A stretch of 64,000 nucleotides of DNA from NCBI RefSeq assembly GCF_009914755.1, contig NC_060925.1; one strand, written 5' to 3'. Origin of the DNA: the human T2T-CHM13v2.0 reference genome, Homo sapiens. Under the pieces are notes generated by a model. That model did no database searches and had not been told where the DNA came from. It was given only the letters and a program-made list of their open reading frames with translations. Every line of letters starts with the position of its first letter. Position 1 is the stretch's first letter. Shown one piece after another: positions 1-49,344 of the stretch. Both the position numbers and the translations under genes were made by a program.

Positions 1-3000
1 CTCTCTTGGTTTCTCCAGTCTGAAAACCCAACATTGGTCCAAGAAGGCTCTGGCATGTGCCAGGCACTCGCTGATCATCTGGTCTTAGGGGGATGCCTCT
101 AAGCCATTTGATCCTGTTCCAGGAGCAAAAAACGCAGTAGTAACAATCGCTCCTTTTATCGTATCCCTCCAGCCATCCAGGACAGTCTCCTTTTCCCTGT
201 TCTCCCAAGCCTACCCTCCATTATGGGGAAACTCGTGGTCCTCCATTCCAAAAAACAGCCCTCTAGCCTGCCTCATAAAAAACCCGCAAACCTTAGGCCT
301 CAGGCAAGATATCTACCCTAAGTGTCTTGTCATTTTTTGCAATTCAGTCTGGCCACAATATGAATTGGATAATGGGTCCAAATGGCCCACAAATGAAACA
401 TTCGACTTTACAGTTTTAACTGATTTAAGCAATTATTGCTGACGACTGGAGAAATGGGGAGAAATTCCTTATGTCCAGGCTTTTTTGCACTCAGATCACA
501 ACTCGACCTCTGCAATTCTTGCTCACCTGTTCAAATCCTTCTCCTCCATTCTTGCTGCCCTGATCACCTTTCTCTTCCTGACCCTACCTCTTTTTCCTCA
601 TTCAATCCAGCTGACTGCTGTCTACCCCTCCCAGCCCCTACCTCTTCCTCTCAACCGTCTTCTTTAACCCCCCAAGCCTCCTCATTATATTCTCAACCGC
701 CATCTTCCCAGCTGCCCTCTTCCTAGCTGCCATCTTCTCAGTCAGCAGTACCCACTTTTTCTTCTGCACCATCCCCTCCTCAGGACAATTCTAGAATTGC
801 CTGTACCCATTCTCCTCCCCCACCACCCTCTCCTGAGGCTTGTAAACCCATCCCAACACCTTATGCCCCTGTCTATCCTCCACTGCCTGTTAACTCATCC
901 CCCCTTTCCCCTTCAAACACTCAGCAAGAACCACTTCCGGCTTCTTCCTTCTCTCCTGCCCATACTCACTTGGGTGCCATCTTTGGCCCATGCCCCACCC
1001 TTACTTCAGTGCAGGTGCTAGAGTGCCCACTTTGGGAAGCAGCAGGAACTGAAGGTGTTTTTAGAGTTCATGTTCCCTTCTCCCTCACTGATCTCTCTCA
1101 AATTAACAAAAGACTCAGTTCATTTCCAGAAGACCCTACCTCTTACATTAGAGAGTTTCAGTACCTCACCCAGTCTTATGAACTAACCTGGCATGACCTC
1201 TATGTTATCCTCTCTTCCACCCTCACCCCAGAAGACCGAGACCATATCTGGACCCTAGCTCCGTCACATGCTAATACAATTCATCACCAAGCTCCTGCCC
1301 AGCCTACTGGCACAGAGGCAGTCCCCAACCAGGACCCCACTGGGATTATCAAGACAGGACCTCTGGACACCGCCATTGAGACCACATGATTGTGTGTCTC
1401 CCTGCAGGACTCAAAAAGGGTGCCCATGAAGTGGTAAACTATAAAAAACTTTCAGAAATCACCCAAGGTCCTAATAAAAACCCAGCCCTTTTTCTCTCTG
1501 GTTTAACTGAAGCCATGAGAAAATATACCAACCTAGACCCAGCAAGCCCAGAAAGAACTACTATCTTAAACCTTCGGTTCATCTCCCAGTCCACCCCTGA
1601 TATTCGGTACAAGTTTCAGAAGCTTGATGATGGCCCTCACACCCCAGAATGAGACCTTCTTAATTTAGCCTTCAAAGTCTTTAACAATCATAATGAGGAA
1701 AGTAAAAGGCAAAAACAGGCAGAGTTTTAAATGCTTGCTTCCACCATCAGGGGCCCTGCAGGCCCACAGGGTCGCAGCTCCACAAGGAAGCCTCCTAGCA
1801 ATCCACCTCCACCTGTCTGTTTCAAGTGTGGCAATGAAGGCCACTAGTCCAGACAATGCCCAAACCCAGGTAAGCCCACCAGGCCGTGTCCCCTCTGTGA
1901 AGGACCCCACAGGAAGTTGGACTGTGAGTGGCCCCCACAAGGACTGCCCCTTCCTAAGCCGCCCAAAACCTCCTACTCGAATCTCATTGTCCTTGCTACT
2001 GAAGACTGATGGTGTCCTGGAACGGATGCCCCGGCAACTACCATCGCTTCATCTGAGCCAAGTGTAACCCTGATGGTGGCAGGTAGGCCAGTATGGTTTT
2101 TTTTAAAATTAATATGGGACAACCTACTCTGCTTTACCTAATTTTTCAGAACCCACCCAGTCCTGCCAAGTCTCTGTTGTGCGAATTGATGGACGAGTCT
2201 CCAAACCCCAAGCCACCCCTCCACTTTTCTGCTCCCCACACACCTTTTCCTTCACTCACTCTTTCTGAGTCCTGCCCTCATGCCCAACTCCGCTCCTAGG
2301 CAGAGACATCCTTTCAAAACTCCACACTATCCATTTCCACATTCCCCACAGTACCCAACGCATCAACCCAGACCCCTCCGGGGCTTCTTTCTTCTGCTCC
2401 TCCAACCTCCCACCTTAAAACATGCAACTTTTCCTTATCCCCCATCCGTAGTTAACCCCGCTGTTTAGGATACTTCCAGACCCTCAGTTGCAAAACACCA
2501 CACCCCCCTCCGCATTACCTTTAAAGAGACCACCCAGTTCCTATCACAGAAGCAGTATTACATCCCCCAAGCAACTCTCATAGGCCTAAAGCCTATCATT
2601 TCTGGCCTCCTCGCCAGTCACCTACTCCACCCAACAAATTTCCCTTTCACACACCAATTCTACCTGTTAAAAAGCCAGATGGAACTTATCAATTAGTCCA
2701 GGATCTCAGGCTCATTAACCAAGCTGTACTCCCAGTATGTCCAGTAGTTCCTAACCCGTATACTTTACTCTCCACAGTTCCCTCCAATACCACCCATTTT
2801 TCTGTTCTAAACCTAAAGGATCCTTTTTTTCCCACAATTCCTTTACACCCTGATTCCCAAAACCTCTTTGCCTTTATGTGGAAAAACCCTGACACCCACC
2901 TTTCACTTAAGCTCACCTGGTGCGTACTACCTCAAGGTTTTAGAGACAGCCCCCACCTTTTTGGAAAGGCCCTTGCTCGAGACCTCTTTACCTTATCCCT

Positions 3001-3626
3001 AAAACCATCCACTCTCCTTCAATATGTTAATAATCTGCTCCTATGTAGCCCCTCTCAAAGAGACTGCAATGCCCATACCATCTCTCTTTTAAACTTCTTG
3101 GCAGAACAGGGGTATCAGGTCTCCCCTAAGAAAGCACACATGCACCCCCTCAGTCACCTATCTAGGCCTAGCTCTTACCCCGCAAACCCGAAGGCTCACA
3201 ACGGACTGCATATCCCTCCTCCAGTCCTTCCCGCTCCTGCAAACTCAGCAAGAAATTTTCTCTTTTCTAGGACTAGCGGGATATTTTAGGCTCTGGGTTC
3301 CCTCCTTCACTCTACTTGCCAAACTGTTATACCAAGCTGCTAAAGGCCCTCTCCATGAGCCTTTAAAACCTGCACAGCCTATTACCCAATCTTTCCGTCT
3401 ACTCCAGAAGGCTCTCAACTCAGCCCCCGTCCTCTCTCTCCCAGACCTCGCCAAACGTTTCTCCCTCTATACCGACAAATGGCGTGGAGTTGCACTATGT
3501 GTTCTAACCCAGTCTAAGGGACCCACCCTCCAGGTTGTTGCCTACCTCTCTAAACAGCTTGAAGCCACAGTTCTCAGATGGCCTGCCTGCCTCCGAGCAT
3601 TGGCAGCAGCTGCTATCCTCACCCTT
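1..3626 (+). mobile_element. Decayed gammaretrovirus-like ERV internal region (HERV-H/F supergroup): leader, gag (~223-2009), pro, RT; truncated within pol
   Basis: Gag motifs WGEIPYVQAF, VHVPFSLTDL and MHR-like ITQGPNKNPALFL; two CCHC knuckles (~1818-1925); RT motifs PILPVKKPDG, LVQDLRLINQAV, LPQGFRDSPHLF, LLQYVNNLL; many stops and frameshifts. Confidence 0.92.
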
Positions 3627-4059
3627 GTGATTTGTCTGTTCTTATCTTTTGATATTTTATTGTTGGAAATCACATTTTTATTAATTTCTAAAAGTTCTTT
3701 CTATGTCAGGCAGGAAAAAGAAAGAAGTCTTTGAGTATCGAATATACCATACAGTATTGTGCTTGGTATTTTAACGAGTCATTTGAAATTAAAATTCTTA
3801 TTTCTTGAAACGCTTACACTACCATATGTATACTGTCAGAAAGTCTTAAATAAAAAATTTCAAATTAAACAAGCTCAAAATAGTGAAATCAAGTTATACT
3901 TCTAGCCTGGAAATGCAAATTTATGAAGTTTTAAGGTAATTAACTATGTTTGTCTATAGAAGTTAAAGCAAATTTAATAAATATAGACAAAAATGAGTTT
4001 TAGGATTACATTCAGGTGACATTCTAGAAGTTTTCCTTGGCATTATTACAATGAAATTA

Positions 4060-5250
<1,191 letters not shown>

Positions 5251-5251
5251 T

Positions 5252-5548
5252 CAGTTCCACAGGCTTAACAGGAAGCATGACTGGGATGCCTCAGGAAACT
5301 TACAATTATGGTGGAAGGCAAAGGGGAAGGAAGCACATCCTACCATGGCAGAGCAGGAGGAGGACTGAGAGAGTCGGGGGGAACTGCCACACAGTTTTAA
5401 ATCATTGAATCTCATGAGAACCCAGAAAACAGCAAGGGGGAAATGCACCCCCATGATCCAATCACCTCCCACCAGGCCCCTCCCCCAACACGTGGGGATT
5501 ACAATTTGAGATGAGATTTGGTTGGGGACACAGAACCAAACCGTATCA
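5252..5548 (-). mobile_element. MaLR (MST-type) LTR fragment
   Basis: cagttccacaggcttaacaggaagcatg...gatgagatttggttggggacacagaaccaaacc. Confidence 0.85.
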
Positions 5549-6914
5549 CGTGTGTGGGTTTCTATTCCTTTCTCCATGTGCATACCAACATATGTGAACC
5601 TATATACAGAGAGGTGTTTAATTACAAAAATAAACATGACTTTGTGACTTTTTTTCACCTAAATATAACGAATAAACTGCAAGCCAGCAGATAGATCAAA
5701 TTCATTCTTTAAATTGCTGTATATTTTTCCAGCTACAGACCCTGCTGTGACTCACTTTCTAAGAGGACTTCATTTGCCGTTTGCTGCAACAGACCTGCTG
5801 ACCTCAGAAAACCTTGAAGGGGCTCTCTAGTGAAGGGCTTTCCAATCTTTGTAGTTGGGAAAGAACTGCTGCTTGAGACTGAAAAGGTCTGGGAGCAAAA
5901 CAGCTCCTCATAGAAAGTTATCAGATGGTAAGAGGTCTCATAGGCCCATGAGAAATGAAGCCACCGCATCTCTTAACACTTAATTTGCTACTGCCCAAGA
6001 GATGTGCACAACAGGGTGCTGGCAGATGCTGAGGAAACCATAGCTTGAGTAGGCCAGGAAAAGTTAAATTCATTTATGGGGCATGGGAAGAAAGATGACC
6101 AGTGCAACAGAAATAAGAGAGATGTCTACTGAAGCAGAACCAATGGAAGAGACAGAAGATAATTTTAATGAAAAATATCATGGAATTATAGAACTAAAAA
6201 TAGAAAAGATTTTCAGAAATTAAAAACTACCACGATTTCTTAATTAAAAGTTCAATATCCAACAGAAAAAGAGAATGACTGACTTTGAAAATAACATTAG
6301 TGGTCAGAAAAATCGCTGGAGGAAATACCTCATAAGAGACCCAGTGCAGATAACCTGAGGGAAAAGACCAAGAAGCATGGAGGTCAGATCCAGGAGCCAA
6401 CGAAAGAGGAGGAAAGGAACATGAGAAGTAATAATAACATAGATAATGGAAGAAAACATTTACAACTTAGAAAGTATTGAGGGCCTGAATATCAAAGATA
6501 AAGGGAAAATCCTGCAGATCTTTCAGTACTGTGGGGAAATGGGCTTTCTGGCTCAAGGGCCTCGCTGACATTGAATTTAGGTCACATACCAGGTAAGCCC
6601 TAGGTACACACAATGTGTGTACCTAATGCTTCACATGGAAACAGTATTAAGCAGAGATTGTTAAATTCTAGCATTCAGCAACTTTCCTTTGTCATGTTGT
6701 CACTAGGAGCTAAATACCAACCTTAGGAACTTTGTGGTAGTCTTTTCCTTCCACAGTCTATCTAAAGCTGCAGGCACCAATTTTTAAATGCCATAAGCAC
6801 AAATTACTTTGGTAACAATAAAAAATTAAAAATATGAGAAAGGAGGTATTCATGGGTAAGCAAATGCATTACTGTTATAAGAAACTACTATCTTTATTTA
6901 TGAAATGGATACAG

Positions 6915-7090
6915 AGGTAGTATGGTGAGAGTTAAGAGCAGAGCAGAGACTCTGGATGTCTGCCACTTACTAGCTGTGCGACCTTGGGCAAGTTACCTAA
7001 CCTTTCCATGTCTTAGTTTCCTGAAAATTAAATGAGTTAATATATTATCACAATTATTAACTCTGGCACATAGCAAGTGCTTAATCAATC
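6915..7090 (+). mobile_element. MIR
   Basis: Core tctgccacttactagctgtgcgaccttgggcaagttacctaacct. Confidence 0.75.
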
Positions 7091-8781
7091 ATAGCAGCGC
7101 TGCTGCTGCGCTGCTGCTACAGTGGGAAAACGGCTCTGTACACAGAACTTTAATGTTGCAGACTTGAATTTAAATGCCAACTTTAAACAAGTTTCATACC
7201 ACAGCCATGGTAATTAATCCTTTTTGCTTACATTTTTCATATCTAAAACAGGAGTACGAATACCTGCCTCTTTCAACATCTGTCCATCTATCCACAAACA
7301 TCAACTGAGTGCCCAGATATTTATATGACTAAGATACATTTCGGCCCTTAAGGAGCTTACAGTTTAGTGAGTAAAACTCAAGAGCTTTGCTTTCCTTTCA
7401 TGTGGGCATTTAAGGCTCCCTTTGCATTAGGAGGTAAAGAAAGGGCTGCAAGGGTCAAGCATGTTTTTAGTATGATGAGTACTAAGATTTTTTTTAAAAT
7501 GACACTAATCTTGTTAGCAATTGTTGGGTAAAAAATGTGGCCAGTTCTGACACTCTGTATTTTGCTATTTTAAGAAAAATACTACGAACCAACTGGATCA
7601 CTAGAAAGTAAGCATCTGTGAATGATATGACAGTCTTAAAAGTGAGGGGATCAGAGGGGACCAGGCCCCCATCTCTGATCAGAAAAAAAGCATAAAACAT
7701 CTTAAAGAGATATTTCTGTTCATAGGCTGGAACTGTGTAGTTCACAACCTGCCTTTTTTAGTGATCTTTTAAGACCTGAGTGTTCCTCTGAATTAACAGC
7801 TCTCAAGTCATTGTCCAAGAGGAGTCACTATTACTTGATCCTTTGTAAACCACGTCATCCCCTTTTAGAGTATCCTGCCTTGGCACACACAGTGGGAGAT
7901 TATAGCAAACAAGTTCTTTTTCAACTTGGACAACTTTATCCCAATACTAAAGACCTTATTTTAAAGCTTCTTGATGTTAAGAGTGCTTATTTTGATCATC
8001 CCCATGAGTTGGCCATGGAAAGGGTGGGATAAGCTGTTCCCCTTTAATCTTTTATTTAACTAAGGGGCTCTAGAATGTCTAAAATAATAATAATATCAGA
8101 TAATCATTAGTATAAAACGAATAAAAGAGAGTACAAATTGAAGACAGCCTGAATATCTATTCTTTATAAAGAAATAATGCATGACCACGTTTTCATCTGT
8201 CATTAGCAGTTGGTACTTAATAGCGATGATTTAAAATTGTATACTTAAAACCTAACAGAAATTATAATGGCAACTCAGCATATACTTGAAACAATATTAA
8301 GTGTAGTATATTGAGACATTTAGTAGCTTTAGAAAGTATGTAATTACACCATTATTAAAAATTAAAATTCAGAATATTTTACATTTATATATCATAATAT
8401 AAAACAATTATATATATTATTTAAAATCATATTGACCAAGACTTACTACAAATTCACTTGAATGGTGGCTACAAACATCACAAAGAATGAATCTGACTTC
8501 CATGTCTATGTGTGAGAAAAATATTCTAACAACCAATTTAATTTTAAAAGAAATTAAACCAAAGATAAATAAGAATTATCCAGCAAACAGGAATAGTAAC
8601 AACTATCCTATTTTAAAGTTTCAGTTAGATAAATTATGTTTCAAAAATCTTTACATAAAAACCTCTAATACTACCACTCATAAATCATAAAATGTAACTG
8701 GTAGTATATTTATTTTTTTACCCAATCACATTTTAGACTCATAATAAAAATCTACTACTTAGAGAAAATAAATTTGACAAT

Positions 8782-8910
8782 TTATTCAAACATTGTTACA
8801 TAAGAAGTTTTAAGAAACTGTAAATAATTCTTAATACTCTCATTTTGATTTTCCGACTTCTCAAGACTATTTTGTACTTCTTTCAAACACACTTCCTGAT
8901 GTTGTGCTTT
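8782..8910 (-). CDS. ODF2L: ODF2L distal alternative terminal exon ([42 protein letters not shown])
   Basis: ttttctttag|AAA, phase 0, 42 aa + [13 protein letters not shown] resembles the ODF2/cenexin C-terminal NYVQFLKSSY. Candidate minus-strand AATAAA at 8781-8786, 8709-8714, 8051-8056 and 6893-6898. Confidence 0.88.
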   Translation of the reverse strand, partial: KAQHQEVCLKEVQNSLEKSENQNESIKNYLQFLKTSYVTMFE

Positions 8911-10131
8911 CTAAAGAAAAAAGGAAAAAAATACAGATAAGCAATAATAGCATTCATTCCAAAGGACCAGAGTCATAATATTAAAAACATATATACAATA
9001 ACTAGATAATTCTTTTTGATTTTTTAAAATAATACTTACATCTGATGTGTTCATTCTTAGAGCTCACTCTTTAAAATTAATAATTAAAGCATACACATGG
9101 TTGATCTTCACTGATATAATTTATAATATACATTCATTTAGCCCCAAATTATTACATATTTAACATGATTAACTTAATAGGTTAACAACTGTCATAATTT
9201 CACATGTAACATGATATATTTTCATACTAGTTTTTGCCATTTTCTGTCTAAAAATTCACATTTTATTCCAAATAATTAAATGTCTTAAAAGTTGATAGAA
9301 TTCTAGTTTTGATAATGTGAACATTTTCTTAGAATCTCTTAAAAAATAAAAAGAATTCTTCATATTACAGTGGTTGAGGAAAAAATTTAAAACCACAATA
9401 CATTTTTTTTAACTAAGGTGCATATGAATTCCTAAGTAGGTGAGTTCACTGACAATGCTTTAGATAAAGACAGGTTGCAAATATCATCTAGCCTCCAATT
9501 AAAATATAGACACCTAGATAGAAAAGAGAGAACTTTTACATCCTTCATATCAGGTGTTCAATGACACCTGATACCTTCTGAAACTGAGCAATGCCCAGCT
9601 CAGGAAATGAGGCAGGTAAAAAACAATGAGCTAGGCTGGGCAGTACAAAGCCACAGGATGAATACAGTGAGTTTTACTCAACAATTTGGAAAGAAAAATA
9701 GTAACACATACTTATTTTGTAGGGTAGAATATAAAATGTCAATGGATTTTAGGATAATACATAAGACTTCAAAGACATTTCAGGCTTCCCGAGGGGTGCC
9801 TTGGATTAAGCTGCTGAGGTCATCCACAGATCTGTACATCCATTCTGCACCACCCTATTAGGGTACTTGGACAGAAAATACAAAAAGGCCTGCAGGTAAG
9901 CAGGGCACTGTGGGAGACACCAGGGATACAGACGACTATGAGACATGCTTTCAGAGTGCTTACAATTCAAATGGGGCTGAAGCAGGTATATTAAATAAAT
10001 ACTGCCCACTTAACTGTCCCCTGGAAGGCATAAAACACACAAACTCATTTTTCAGCAATGTTTAAATCTATGCTTAGAATTCTAGAATTTTACTAGTACA
10101 AAACTTATCAGGTTTAACAAAACATCAGATC

Positions 10132-11897
10132 TTTATTTTTTTTAATTTTTATTATACTTTAAGTTCTGGGATACATGTACAGAACGTACAGGTTGGTTAC
10201 ATAGGTATACACGTGCCATGGTGGTTTGCTGCACTCATCAACCCGTCATCTACATTAGGAATTTCTAATGTTATCCCTCCCCTAGCCCCCCACGCCCTGA
10301 CAGGCCCTGGTGTGTGATGTTCCCTGCCCTGTATCCATGTATTCTCATTGTTCAACTCCCACTTATGAGTGAGAACATGCGGTGTTTGGTTTTCTGTTCT
10401 TGTGTTAGTTTGCTGAGAATGATGGTTTCCAGCTTCATCCATGTCCCTGCAAAGGACATGAACTCATCCTTTTTTATGGCTGCATAGTATTCCATGGTGT
10501 ATGTGCCACATTTTCTTTATTCAGTCTATCATTGATGGGCATTTGGGTTGGCTCCAAGTCTTTGCTATTGTGAATAGTGCCACAATAAATATACGTGTGC
10601 ATGTGTCTCTATAGCAGCATGATTTATAGTCCTTTGGGTATATACCCAGTAATGGGATTGCTGGGTCAAATGGTATTTCTGGTTCTAGATCCTTGAGGAA
10701 TCGCCACACTGTCTTCCGCAGTGGTTGAACTAATTTACACTCCCACCAACAGTGTAAAAGCATCCTATTTCTCCACATCCTCTCCAGCATCTGTTGTTTC
10801 CTGTCTTTTTAATGATCACCATTCTAATTGGTGTGACATGGTATCTCACTGTAGTTTTGATTTGCATTTCTCTGAATGACCAGTGATGAGCTTTTTTTCA
10901 TATGTTTTTTGGCTGACTAAATGTCTTCTCTTGAGAAGTGTCTGTTCATATTCTTTGCACACTTTTTGATGGGGTTTTTTTTCTTGTAAATTTGTTTAAG
11001 TTCTTTGTAGATTCTGGATATTGGCCCTTTGTCAGATGGATAGATTGCAAAAATTTTCTCCCATTCTGTCGGTTCCTGTTCACTCTGATGATAGTTTCTT
11101 TTGCTGTGCAGAAGCTCTTTAGTTTAATTAGATCCCATTTGTCAATCTTGGCTTTTATTGCCATTACTTTTGGTGTTTTAGTCATGAAGTATTCGTCCAT
11201 GCCTATGTCCTGAATGGTATTGCCTAGGTTTTCCTCTAGGGTTTTTATGGTTTTAGGTCTTACACTTAAGTCTTTAATCCATCTTGAGTTAATTTTTGTA
11301 TAAGGTGTAAGGAAGGGATCCAGTTTCAGTTTTCAGCATATGGCTAGCCAGTTTTCCCAACACCATTTATTAAATAGGGAATCCTTTCCCCATTTCTTGT
11401 TTTTCTCAGGTATGTCAAACATCAGATGGTTGTAGATGTGTGGAGTTATTTCTGAGGCCTCTGTTCTGTTCCATTGGTCTATATATCTGTTTTGGCACCA
11501 GTACCATGCTATTTTGGTTACTGTAGCCTTGTAGTATAGTTTGAAGTCAGGTAGCGTGATGCCTACAGCTTTGTTCTTTTTGCTTAGGATTGTCTTGGTT
11601 ATGTGAGCTCTTTTTTGGTTCCATATGAAATTTGAAGTAGTTTTTTCTAATTCTGTGAAGAAAGTCAATGGTAGCTTGATGGGGATAGCACTGAATCTAT
11701 AAATTACTTTGGGGAGTATAGCCATTTTCATGATCTTGTTTCATCTTATTCATAAGCATGGAATGTTTTCCATTTGTTTGTGTCCTCTCTTATTTCCTTA
11801 AGCAGTGGTTTGTAGTTCTCCTTGAAGAGGTCCTTCACATTCCTTGTAATTTGGATTCCTAGGTATTTTATTCTCTTTGTGGCAATTGTGAATGGGA
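10132..11897 (-). mobile_element. 5'-truncated L1PA (~1.77 kb), sense to ODF2L, lying between the two terminal exons
   Basis: T-rich tail at ~10132, L1 3'UTR, ORF2 C-terminal fragments ([15 protein letters not shown]; [14 protein letters not shown]; [10 protein letters not shown]). Confidence 0.93.
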
Positions 11898-12221
11898 TCT
11901 ATTTATTTTACTAGCTTTAGCCAAGTACTAGGGACATTACAGCAAAACCCACCTCATTTATTTTTTCAGAGGCTTCAATTACACAAAAAAACAGCACACA
12001 CATTTTACAATATCAGAAAGTCAAATGGTGAGTTAAAAAAAAGTTTAGAAATAAATGGAAGGCCTGTGCTAAATTAAAGGTGATCGACGTTTTGTTCTGA
12101 CTAAGTTGTCATGAAACTTTTGATGGCAATAAAATCAAATTGTGCATGCCAAAAATCATTTAACTCTTGAATCTTTTAGGTTTTCAACTTTTTAGACACT
12201 TGGGAATTAAAAAAATAGATT

Positions 12222-47048
<34,827 letters not shown>

Positions 47049-49344
47049 AAATTCAGTAAATGGATTTATAGGTGGCTTCACAGCGACTTCTCCACATAAG
47101 CTGAAAGCTAGGAAATATTTTAGTTATTAAATTTATTTCAATAGAGTTTTTTTGTCATTACTCTCTCATAAAAAATAAAGGTTATAAGGATGTGTAAAAG
47201 AATAACATTTCAAAGACAAAATAAGAAGTATAACTGCTACTCATTGTTATAGTACTTCAAAATTGTATCAAAATTTCATAGCACAACCACTCAACAATTG
47301 CCAATTTCCATACACTGTTTCCAAAAGGCCTGATAATTCCTAAATAATCACAAGAGTGTAAAAATCTTTATTAGTCTATTTCTTGAAGTATTACAATATT
47401 TGAACCCAGCAGGACTATAAAACAAATATAAAAACCATGGGTTACCTATAGTCTGTCTTATTAGGCCCATGCCATAAGAAATGTATGTTATTTATGCCTA
47501 AATCTGTAGAAATTCAACTTTTCAAAGTACTTGGCAACAATAGCTACAAAGGATAGGATACTCAATTGCAAGTAGACTTTTCAAAATTAAATTCACTTAC
47601 TTCTATTCCCAACTCAATCTAGAATATTATTGGTGATAGTGAAAAGACCAGACAGATGACATTACTTCCAAATTTTACCAATCTAATTGTTTTTACTCAC
47701 ACCTGTAGATGTCACTTTAAAAATGTGAATATTAATTTCTTCAAAACTACTCCAATTTAAGTAATGAGTTAGAGCTTTGGCAACCATTAAGGCTCTCTTT
47801 TCCCAACTCTAACAATATGTGGTAATGTCTTCCCTGACTTCATTTTATGTTTACACAAAATCAAAGGTTATATTTAAGGTTTTCTACATTTTTTTGGATA
47901 TTTACCTCCTTGTAATTTAGTTTTATATGTCTGTATTACAAAACATATTATATTCAAGAATTTTTAACACTTAGAGTAGAAGTGAAATTACAGGTTGAAG
48001 ATTATTTAAATTAGCCATTCAGAAACCTTCCAAAGTGTCCATAAAATGTATATATTTTATCTGAATGTTCTATATACTATAGAGACAAATATTTAGGAAA
48101 CAGGCCAATGAAGTATGGTCACATTTTTTAAATACCAGAAAGTGAAGTCCAAAAAGAACTGCTGAGTAACCAACAGATAGTCTAGGATGATTCCCTTGAA
48201 TGCTGCAAATATGCAACATCTATTACAATGGTATAACAATATTTCGAGCTATCTATAAACTAGAAGAATTACAAGTATACAAAATAAAATAAAAAACCAA
48301 ACCTAAAAGTTAAGAAGAATATGCTCGGGATAAGTCACTGCAATCAAGAGAACCATCATCTACTAATTCATTCAGTTGCAATAGCTATCCCCATACAGAA
48401 AGCAACTGGTACCAACCCTTTTACTTGTTTAAATATTTGTCATATTTGTCTCTCTGTGGACTGGAATCTCAAGAAAGAATGTCTTTTTTATATTTGAATC
48501 CTCAGCACCTACAAGCCTTGTAAAAGCTAAGCAATAATTGAACGAAAACATTAAGGCTTAGAGCTTTTAAAGAATATAATGACTAAAGACTGCCTTTTTT
48601 TTTAAATTCACCCCTTGATTTGTCTTTTCAGGGATCATTAAAAGACAAATGGTTCCCATATTTGGAATAAAGGTTTAAAAAACAATGTAAGAAGATAGAA
48701 ATTTTCAATTTGTAGAAAATATTTTACAAGATAACACTAGTTTGGTATCGGTATTTTATACACAACTTTTCTAAAAGTTTTATCATAAGATAAAGTCATA
48801 AAATTTTTCTGCTTCATCACCTATAATTGGTAACTGCCACTTATCTTAAAGGGTAAACAAATAAATAAAATCAACACACTGTAAAAATAGGAATTCAGAA
48901 TGACTTTCTACCTAACATTCTAAAATGGAATCTACATTACATTTACTGATTTCTCAACACACAAGGAAGAGAACTATTTGTCTCAGGAATTTCCATGAAA
49001 ATTATCAACAGTCATCTTCTCCAGGACAAATATTGTTCAGAGATTCCAAGGCACTCCACTGCTTTTGTGTTGTGATAATTGTGTAACAAAAAATAAGTGT
49101 TGAACAAAAATGTAATAATTTTATTTAGCATAAAAAGTCCTGCTTTATAAGAAATGCTATCATTTTATTGGACCAAATGTATTCTTGTATAGAAAAGCAG
49201 ACATTTCACAATAAAATGTTTTCAGTAATGTGGAATATACTGTTAACTGACAAATGTACTTCTGTACAACTTGTCAGTGTTGGGTGCAACAAAGACACAT
49301 ATTCTGTATACATGTTTAAGGATCAAATCATTTTAAAGATAACT

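Noticed and set aside
436-3454. ORF-track ORFs in the ERV as functional gag/pol proteins
   Set aside because: They are fragmented by stops and frameshifts, and the catalytic Asp codons are mutated.
7091-7120. Short GCT-rich, partly palindromic tract
   Set aside because: Too short and interrupted; typical MIR-tail microsatellite decay.
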